A stretch of 64,000 nucleotides of DNA, from contig JANPCG010000006.1 of assembly GCA_031430855.1 (NCBI GenBank), positions 2,531-66,530 on the forward strand. The letters are read 5' to 3'. A model generated the notes under the pieces. It was not told the DNA's origin and ran no database searches. It was given only the letters and a program-made list of their open reading frames with translations. This DNA comes from Candidatus Kaiserbacteria bacterium (GTDB taxonomy: Bacteria > Patescibacteriota > Minisyncoccia > Phycocordibacterales > UBA918). Both the position numbers and the translations under genes were made by a program. Of this stretch, positions 56,995 to 64,000 are shown one piece after another. Position 1 is the stretch's first letter; every line of letters starts with the position of its first letter.

Positions 56995-58441
56995 TTTGCC
57001 CGTTGTCACGCGCTTTGCTCCCTCACCAACTGGATTCCTCCATATTGGTGGTGTCCGCACTGCACTTTTTGCCTACCTCTACGCCCGTAAACACAATGGG
57101 ACATTTATCTTGCGCATCGAAGACACTGACAAAGAACGCGAGGTAGAGGGGTCAATTGCCCATATCCAAGAATCTCTTTCCTGGCTTGGTATTACCTGGG
57201 ATTTTGGTCCTGAAAACCCGGGAACGTTTGGATCGTGTATCCAATCAGAACGTCTTCCACTATACCGCGAGTACGCAGAGAAACTTATCAAGAAAGGGTT
57301 AGCCTACCCTGATCCGTATACTGCTCTTGAGGTGGCCGCATTTAAAGAAGTTGCCGCTCTAGAAAAGCGACCGTTTCTCTTTCGTGACCACAGACCAGAA
57401 ACCTTTGGTACCTGGGACGGATCAACGGCACTCCGCCTTAAAGTGCCCGAAATTAAGCGCTACACCTGGGATGATGCAGTCCGGGGGGAACTTTCTGCCG
57501 GCCCAGAAATGCTTGATGATGTGATTCTGATTAAGTCAGACGGCTACCCAACGTACAATTTTGCCCACATTATTGATGACCTCACCATGGGTGTCACACA
57601 TATTATGCGAGCGGATGAGTTTATTTCAAGCATGCCGAAATTTCTGAGTATCTATGATGCACTTGAGATTCCATACCCGATATTTGTTACTCTTCCACCA
57701 ATTCTTCGAGACGACCGAACCAAAAAATTAGGTAAGCGAGACGGTGCTAAAGATATTCTTGATTACCGTACTGATGGTTATTTACCCGAGACGATGATGA
57801 ACTTTTTGGCATTAACCGGTTGGAATCCGGGGACAGAACAAGAATTATTTTCAAAAGACGATCTTATCACTGCGTTTGATATCACCAAGATTCAGCGAGC
57901 GGGAGCGGCATTTAACGAAGAAAAGTTATTATGGATGAACAAAGAACATCTCAACACATTTAATACTGAGGCATTTGCTTCATATATTGCAATGAGTGAA
58001 AGTTCTCATCTCAAGTCTCTTCCTAACTTCACCGTTGAACAATTAGCGAAAGCTGCACCTCTCATTCGAGAACGAATTCATACTCGAGCGGAATTTATTG
58101 AACTGGCCGAAACAGGGGAGTATGATTTTGCCTTTGCTGCCCCACAGTACGATACAGACCTTTTACAGTGGAAAAATGACACGTCACCAAAAGACTGCTT
58201 ACCACGACTCAAAGAGGCATTAATTCTACTGCAAAACGCTGATTTTAGTACTCCAGACTCTATTAAGGCTGCACTTATGCCGTATGCCGAAGCAGTGGGG
58301 AAGGGAGAGCTCTTATGGCCAGTACGAATTGCGCTCTCGGGCAAAAAACAGTCACCTGACCCCTTTACGATTGCGAATATTATTGGTTCGGGAGAAACTC
58401 TGAAGCGCCTCGAGACTGCCTGTGATAAACTAGAGGGGTGA
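56981..58441 (+). CDS. gltX: Glutamyl-tRNA synthetase
   Basis: HIGH region RFAPSPTGFLHIGGVRTA; class I. Confidence 0.93.
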   Translation: MNTTNLPVVTRFAPSPTGFLHIGGVRTALFAYLYARKHNGTFILRIEDTDKEREVEGSIAHIQESLSWLGITWDFGPENPGTFGSCIQSERLPLYREYAEKLIKKGLAYPDPYTALEVAAFKEVAALEKRPFLFRDHRPETFGTWDGSTALRLKVPEIKRYTWDDAVRGELSAGPEMLDDVILIKSDGYPTYNFAHIIDDLTMGVTHIMRADEFISSMPKFLSIYDALEIPYPIFVTLPPILRDDRTKKLGKRDGAKDILDYRTDGYLPETMMNFLALTGWNPGTEQELFSKDDLITAFDITKIQRAGAAFNEEKLLWMNKEHLNTFNTEAFASYIAMSESSHLKSLPNFTVEQLAKAAPLIRERIHTRAEFIELAETGEYDFAFAAPQYDTDLLQWKNDTSPKDCLPRLKEALILLQNADFSTPDSIKAALMPYAEAVGKGELLWPVRIALSGKKQSPDPFTIANIIGSGETLKRLETACDKLEG

Positions 58442-59748
58442 TACACCACAAACGGATTGTTGCCTTCATAATTGGACTCGGAATGTTACCCGGAGTCTTT
58501 TTTAGTGCACAACCAGTTACCGCCCAAACAGAAATTGAAAAACTCCAAACTGAAATCAGAGATAGAAATGGTCGACTCGGAGAAATTGAAAAAGAAATTG
58601 CAAAGTTTGAGAGCGCTCTCAAAGAAGTCGGGGCTGAAAAGAAGACTTTGCAAAACGCTATCAATCGTCTCGAACTCGAGCGCGGAAAGGTACAGGCTGA
58701 CATTCGATATACTGAACAAAAAATCAGCTCCACTGATCTCGAATTAAATAAACTTATTCTAGAAATCACGAAGGCCGAGGATGAAATCAGTAAAAATAGG
58801 GCGGCCATGAGTGAAATTATACGTCGCGCCTACAAGACCGACAACGATTCAATGATTGAAGTCCTTTTGACTCACGAACACCTTTCAGAATTTTGGAATA
58901 CTCTCGAAACTCTCGACACTGTTAAAGCGAGCTTGAATGTGCGCGTTGATAACCTCAAAGACCTGCAAACAACTCTTGAAGAAAAGCGCGGCGAGACCGC
59001 AGAACGACGAGGTGAATTAGTTGACCTTAAGTCACAGTATAGTGACCAGAGTACGGTATTGGCTAATAACAAAGCAGAACGCTCAGAACTCTTAACGGCT
59101 ACTAAAAACGAGGAATCAAACTACCAAAAACTCCTTAAACAAAAGCAAGCTGCACGGGAACAGATCGTAAAAGAAATGCGTGACTTTGAGGCCAAACTGA
59201 CCTTTATCCTCAACCCAAATTCTATTCCAGCTGCCGGTACTGCCGTATTCCAATGGCCCCTTAAAAATATAGTTATTACCCAATTATTTGGGGGGACGGA
59301 GTTTGCGAAACGGAATGCGAGTGCATACGGGGGGCGAGCGTACCACCCGGGGGTCGACTTTGGCGTCCCAAGCGGGAGTCAAATCTTTGCACCGCTCGCA
59401 GGTACGGTGCGTGCGATTGGTAACACTGATGCGGTGCCTGGTTGTTATTCGTGGGGAAAATGGACCCTCATAGACCACGCCAACGGCCTCTCCACCCTCT
59501 ATGCGCACCAGAGTGTTCAGAGCGTTGTACCAGGCCAACGTGTCGCTACTGGGGAAGTGATTGGGTACTCAGGTAACACCGGTTTCTCTACTGGCCCACA
59601 CCTTCACTTTACAGTATACGCCAAAGAGGGCGTAAGCGTCCGTGCATTTAATGAAATTAAGGCCGTCACGAGCTGTGGGTCAGCTACCACTCCGGTTGCT
59701 GCCACCGAAGCCTACCTCGACCCTATGTTGTACCTTCCACCACGATAA
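58438..59748 (+). CDS. M23 family metallopeptidase with N-terminal coiled coil (EnvC-like)
   Basis: HxxxD (YHPGVDF) and HxH (PHLHFTVY) LytM motifs; long coiled coil; signal/TM. Confidence 0.85.
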   Translation: MIHHKRIVAFIIGLGMLPGVFFSAQPVTAQTEIEKLQTEIRDRNGRLGEIEKEIAKFESALKEVGAEKKTLQNAINRLELERGKVQADIRYTEQKISSTDLELNKLILEITKAEDEISKNRAAMSEIIRRAYKTDNDSMIEVLLTHEHLSEFWNTLETLDTVKASLNVRVDNLKDLQTTLEEKRGETAERRGELVDLKSQYSDQSTVLANNKAERSELLTATKNEESNYQKLLKQKQAAREQIVKEMRDFEAKLTFILNPNSIPAAGTAVFQWPLKNIVITQLFGGTEFAKRNASAYGGRAYHPGVDFGVPSGSQIFAPLAGTVRAIGNTDAVPGCYSWGKWTLIDHANGLSTLYAHQSVQSVVPGQRVATGEVIGYSGNTGFSTGPHLHFTVYAKEGVSVRAFNEIKAVTSCGSATTPVAATEAYLDPMLYLPPR

Positions 59749-59755
59749 AAAATAT

Positions 59756-60349
59756 ATGAAAGAAGAAATCGAAGTTAAATTTCTTGCACTTAGTCACGAC
59801 ACTATCAGAAACAAACTGTCTGCTATCGGTGCAGTATGTCAATCGCCAATGCGATTAATGCGTCGGGCAATTATTGATTATCCTGACCGTCGATTACAGA
59901 ACGGTGAGCACAACGCGTATATCCGTGTCCGTGACGAAGGCGATAAAATTACCCTGACCTTTAAGCAGTTTCAATCACTCACGGTTGCAGGAGCGCGCGA
60001 ACTTGAAACAATTGTTCAATCATTTGATGACACAGTGGCAATCTTCGTTGCAGCTGGACTGGAAGTAACGTCATTACAAGAATCAAAGCGGGAGACCTGG
60101 ACACACAGTGATTGTGAAATTGTACTTGATGAATGGCCGTGGCTTTTACCCTACATTGAAATCGAAGGACCAACCGAAGCAGCCATTAAGCACGTGGCTC
60201 AAATACTAGATCTCGCCTGGGAAAACGCTGAATTTGGCGATGTGATGGTAGCATATCGAGCCCAGTACCCTCACCTAAAAGATACGGAAACTATTGGCAA
60301 CGTACCGACTGTTGTTTTTGATACTGAACCACCCGCTTTCCTACAATGA
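59756..60349 (+). CDS. CYTH-domain protein (triphosphate tunnel metalloenzyme / class IV adenylyl cyclase-like)
   Basis: N-terminal EIEVKF (ExExK) motif; start ATG 59756 just after the M23 stop. Confidence 0.7.
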   Translation: MKEEIEVKFLALSHDTIRNKLSAIGAVCQSPMRLMRRAIIDYPDRRLQNGEHNAYIRVRDEGDKITLTFKQFQSLTVAGARELETIVQSFDDTVAIFVAAGLEVTSLQESKRETWTHSDCEIVLDEWPWLLPYIEIEGPTEAAIKHVAQILDLAWENAEFGDVMVAYRAQYPHLKDTETIGNVPTVVFDTEPPAFLQ

Positions 60350-60870
60350 GTCACCGCCACGTCCTACCATTTATCGGAATAATCTCCTTAGTGAGTTATT
60401 TTTGGTACTGCATTCTTACTCCTCAGGTATGGCACTTCGTTGATTTTGTGAACCTTATTTTTCATGAGGCTGGTCACACTATTACGATTTTCTTTCCGGA
60501 CATAATTACCGCATTAGGAGGAAGTATTCTGCAAATCTTGGTACCTATTGTTTGTGCAGGATATTTTTACCAAAGAGGGGAGTTACTGTCGGCGAATCTC
60601 ATTAGCTTATGGGTAGCCCAAAACCTCAGTAGTGTGTCACTTTATGTTCGCGATGCACCATTAATGAACCTTCCATTATTAGGCGGAGAATCAGTTATTC
60701 ATGATTGGAATTTTATTCTCAGTACCATAGGCATATTAGACAAAAGTGCATTACTCGCAAACGTTTTTCTAATTATCGGCTACACGATATTAGTAGTCAG
60801 TACCATATTGATAGTCCAGTATTTCTGGCACCCAATTGAGGGTGGGGATAGTGTCAAAACAGGGAAGTAG
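60346..60870 (+). CDS. Small polytopic membrane protein with HExxH motif (paralogue-like of 4671-5219)
   Basis: IFHEAGHTI within a TM; 4-5 helices. Confidence 0.55.
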   Translation: MSHRHVLPFIGIISLVSYFWYCILTPQVWHFVDFVNLIFHEAGHTITIFFPDIITALGGSILQILVPIVCAGYFYQRGELLSANLISLWVAQNLSSVSLYVRDAPLMNLPLLGGESVIHDWNFILSTIGILDKSALLANVFLIIGYTILVVSTILIVQYFWHPIEGGDSVKTGK

Positions 60871-60999
60871 GGTAGATGCTATAGTAAAAGTGCGATGGAA
60901 ACATCGTAGGAACTTACCCTCAAGGAAGCCCAAGCAAAATGCTTGGGCTTCTAGGGCGGAGAAAACTACGATGTTTAACCTACAATAAATGTAAACAAA

Positions 61000-61030
61000 A
61001 AACTCCGTACGGGAGTTTTTTGTTTTATAA
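61000..61030 (+). terminator. hairpin aaaaaactccgtacgggagtttttt with long T-run
   Basis: Perfect stem; lies in a gene-free AT-rich spacer. Confidence 0.5.
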
Positions 61031-61697
61031 AAAATTTTTTTATAAAATTCAAAAATATATTTACCGTAAGTGGGGGAGCCACCGATATTTTAATGACATA
61101 CTTCAAACAGGTACAAGTCCCCTATCTATATTTATATTTTTCAGCACGTACATTCACTCTGTGTACCCTGTCCACAACTACGATGACCACATTAGCGCTC
61201 TTACTTACACTAACAAAGTATTTTTCAAATCAGATAGTAATATCGACTTTAACAGATTTTTAAAGACGATAATACCTACCAGTCAAAACCACCTTCGACC
61301 CGATCCGTTACCTGACCAAAATTTATGATGTATAGAATGCATCATCTAAAACTCTGCAAGGGCCTTAGAATCGAATTTTGAGCCTCATGCGGATGGCCTC
61401 AGGAGAGAAAAAAGAGGTACTAAGGTACCAGGGTAAAATATTGAATATTGAAAATAAAGAAAATGTAATTACGTAAATTAATTAGAAACTAAAAAAGTTA
61501 AGAAAAGAATAAATACAAAATGATGTAAAGCTTTAAAAGAGAAATAAACTAATATATGACGGTATTGTTAAACCATTATTTAAAAGGCTCGGTGGGGCTG
61601 GGGATACCAAAGATGCAGAATACCGTTATTTTATATATAATACTGAGTATTAGAGTTATTATACTCAGTTATTAGTTACATAAGAGGGTACTCCCCT

Positions 61698-62657
61698 TTG
61701 ATACAATATATCAATATGAACCACCTGCCTCTCATCGACGATTTCCTTTTGCACATTCAAGCCAATAACTACTCCCCCGAGACGTTGTACAACTACGAAC
61801 GTGACCTCGATACCTTTGCGCATTTTTTAACTGATGAACTCAGTGGACTCGATTTCAGTAAAATTACCAAAAAGACTATCGAGCAGTATAAGGCCTACCT
61901 CAACTCCCCCACTCGCAAGACCTCGGCCGGGAGCGAGTCTGAAGTGAAGTTAAAAAGTGGGTCCATTAATCGTCACCTGACGTCGCTCAGACGTTACCTT
62001 GGATTCCTGATGGATATGGATGAGACCGTACCTGTCCCCCCCACTGCTATCAAGCTCCTCCGCATGCAAAAGCCAACTGGTCAATTACTTGAGTTGAATG
62101 AATTGATTAAACTCATTGAAGCGCCGAGCACACTAGAAAAAGATGAATATGTCGCAGTCCGCAACCGCGCCCTCCTTGAAACTCTGTTTGCGAGCGGCAT
62201 GCGTATCTCGGAACTGATTAGTCTCAAAATTAGTCAACTTGATCATACGGGTAAAATATACATTTTAGGAAAAGGTCGTAAGCAACGTTTCATCTACCTC
62301 ACTCCCCGCGCTGAAGGCTACATCCGTGCGTATCTAAAAATGCGTGATGACGACTGTCCGTATATGTTTGTTGCACAGCGGGGCCTGAACGCGAAAGACC
62401 TCAAAAAACACATCTCTGCCAATTACCTCCAGATGAAAATTAAATGGTACCGTGAACTCTTGGGTATCAGTATTCCGACGAGTGCTCACTCACTACGCCA
62501 CGGTTTTGCGACCTATCTCGCTGAACAAGGCGCCAATCCGGCTGCTATCCAAGTCCTATTAGGTCACGAATCACTCGAGACCACGTCCCGTTACGTACAT
62601 GCGAGCGACCGCTACGCCGAAACCACCCACAATCAATTCCATCCACTAAAGGAGTAG
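61698..62657 (+). CDS. Tyrosine site-specific recombinase/integrase (XerC/XerD-like)
   Basis: Catalytic R...HxxR...Y region HSLRHGFATYLAEQGANPAAIQVLLGHESLETTSRYVH. Confidence 0.9.
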   Translation: MIQYINMNHLPLIDDFLLHIQANNYSPETLYNYERDLDTFAHFLTDELSGLDFSKITKKTIEQYKAYLNSPTRKTSAGSESEVKLKSGSINRHLTSLRRYLGFLMDMDETVPVPPTAIKLLRMQKPTGQLLELNELIKLIEAPSTLEKDEYVAVRNRALLETLFASGMRISELISLKISQLDHTGKIYILGKGRKQRFIYLTPRAEGYIRAYLKMRDDDCPYMFVAQRGLNAKDLKKHISANYLQMKIKWYRELLGISIPTSAHSLRHGFATYLAEQGANPAAIQVLLGHESLETTSRYVHASDRYAETTHNQFHPLKE

Positions 62658-62659
62658 GC

Positions 62660-63259
62660 TTATTTTTTGACTTCCCACCGTAGCTTTAAATCTTCAATCC
62701 TTTGTAGCAAAACAGGATGATGAATAAAGTTTATAGAGAACCTAAGAAACTCATCAAACAAGGCAATTCCCTGTTGATGCTCGTATTCTAACGCTTTCTC
62801 TACTCCTTGATACTTGTCCAATTGTCGTCCAAACGAAGCTGCTGGATCATCTGAGTTTTCAAAACGTAACCAAAGAGCCATGACCTCTTTACCATTCGGT
62901 AAGTCGGCGCAAATTTGAGCTAGGGCCTTCTTTTCATTTTCAAATTTTACATCTTTCAAAGCCTTCCGGTCATCTGGTTGCAACTCTAAAATAACTTCAT
63001 CCCCATGAATTGCCTCTGGCCAATCGTGCACTTCGAGCATATCAATCAAACCATCACATTCTTCCGGTGTAAGGTAAGGCGTAAGTTCATACGCTAAAGC
63101 AAGCAGCGCTTCCGTGTGTTCTTTGACTGACTCTGGGTTCTCTACTCCTCGATTAACCCAACCGGTACGCTTCAGCTCCTGCAAAGACTGATAGACCTGC
63201 GGAGCAATCGATTCTAATTTGAGAAGTGTCTGAATATTCTCTTTTTCAGGTAAATGCAT
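62660..63259 (-). CDS. HD-domain hydrolase (YfbR-like 5'-deoxynucleotidase family)
   Basis: H...HD...D pattern (ESVKEHTEALL...EVHDWPEAIHGD). Confidence 0.7.
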   Translation of the reverse strand: MHLPEKENIQTLLKLESIAPQVYQSLQELKRTGWVNRGVENPESVKEHTEALLALAYELTPYLTPEECDGLIDMLEVHDWPEAIHGDEVILELQPDDRKALKDVKFENEKKALAQICADLPNGKEVMALWLRFENSDDPAASFGRQLDKYQGVEKALEYEHQQGIALFDEFLRFSINFIHHPVLLQRIEDLKLRWEVKK

Positions 63260-63313
63260 ATGTGTTTAAAGATAAAATTTTGTGTTTTTTTGAAATGTAA
63301 GACACTAATTCAT

Positions 63314-63904
63314 TTATATACCTTGTAGTAAATGGCTATAGGCCTGAAACTTACTTTCTACTCTTTGAATGAGCATTTCTTCAACCTCTTTCGGCTCACC
63401 ATCAACCGAACCGTGATAATCAACGTAAACTACTGAATCTACATGATCAATTAAATCTTTAGTAAGCGGTTTCATTTCAATTAAAAAGCTAACTATGGCT
63501 GTTTTGGCATCTTCAAATTCAAACCCTTCTCCTTCGAGAAGCTGGGCGGAGGAATTAACTTTTTCTTGATTTAGGTTTGTAAAAATAGTAATAAGATTGT
63601 CTTTTGTTACTGTTTCGTCAACCTGCTCTAATTTATAAACTTCATGTAAAGCGGCAATGTAATAAATAAGTCGTTTAGAATCCTCTGTAATGACAGCATT
63701 GGCAAAATCCAAATTTCGCACCCCTCCAAACTCCAAATCAAGCTGCTTTATTTGATTCTTCACTTCCCATACCTGATCTTCATTATCATCTCTAAAGTTT
63801 GGATACCACTTCTTCAGCTCTTCAATTTTTGCAGACCCTTTTTCTGCCCACCCCTTATCTGCGCGTACTGAATTAAAGGAGTAATAGGTTATATCGAAAC
63901 TCAT
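63314..63904 (-). CDS. hypothetical protein
   Basis: 196-aa ORF; no motif. Confidence 0.45.
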   Translation of the reverse strand: MSFDITYYSFNSVRADKGWAEKGSAKIEELKKWYPNFRDDNEDQVWEVKNQIKQLDLEFGGVRNLDFANAVITEDSKRLIYYIAALHEVYKLEQVDETVTKDNLITIFTNLNQEKVNSSAQLLEGEGFEFEDAKTAIVSFLIEMKPLTKDLIDHVDSVVYVDYHGSVDGEPKEVEEMLIQRVESKFQAYSHLLQGI

Positions 63905-64000
63905 ACGTTTTAAATTGATTTATTTATAACACTAAACTACACATTCGGATACTTCTGCTTTCTTGCCTCTGTATACAAAAACCACTGTTTGGCTACTTCC

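Noticed and set aside
60939-61328. 129-aa ORF in the AT-rich spacer
   Set aside because: Lys/Tyr/Phe-rich low-complexity translation typical of AT-rich non-coding DNA; no SD; interrupted by terminator hairpins.
1-64000. CRISPR arrays, rRNA or tRNA genes
   Set aside because: No tandem direct repeats with unique spacers. No rRNA-like conserved stretches. No GTTCGAATC-type T-loop/acceptor signatures seen in intergenic regions.

Overview
This window is a gene-dense, mostly plus-strand housekeeping region from a small-genome bacterium. The gene content suggests a Patescibacteria/CPR-like lineage, which is an inference from reduced aminoacyl-tRNA synthetases (AlaRS without the C-Ala domain, AspRS without the GAD insert), a cysteine-free L36 and many lineage-specific hypotheticals. 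TGA is used as a stop codon. Clear core genes: tyrS (5'-partial), ychF, leuS, mltG, mnmA, pepF, alaS, the infA-rpmJ-rpsM-rpsK-rpsD-rpoA-rplQ block with rplM-rpsI attached, a truncated aspartokinase, grpE-dnaK-dnaJ, trpS, aspS, pepA, scpA-scpB, a dacA-like D-Ala-D-Ala carboxypeptidase, mraY-ftsW-murG, gltX and an M23 peptidase. Accessory content: an IS200/RAYT-like HUH transposase flanked by identical palindromes; an AT-rich island carrying a eukaryote-type NNMT/PNMT/TEMT-family methyltransferase; two orphan sensor histidine kinases; an ATP-cone plus Mrr-like nuclease fusion; a Cas4-like nuclease, Ogt and a small alarmone hydrolase cluster; and a XerD-like integrase behind an 830-bp AT-rich spacer. 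I found no rRNA, tRNA or CRISPR arrays. Sequence-level signals not captured by the ORF track, most notable first: a Nudix-fold domain inserted into LeuRS; a canonical T-box riboswitch (AGGGUGGCACCGCG, UGGC bulge matching tRNA-Asp) upstream of aspS; a three-element terminator/antiterminator leader in front of the aspartokinase gene; a 21-bp perfect inverted repeat in the alaS leader; identical 36-bp hairpins flanking a small HExxH membrane protease gene; and a consensus sigma-70 promoter that would make grpE leaderless.
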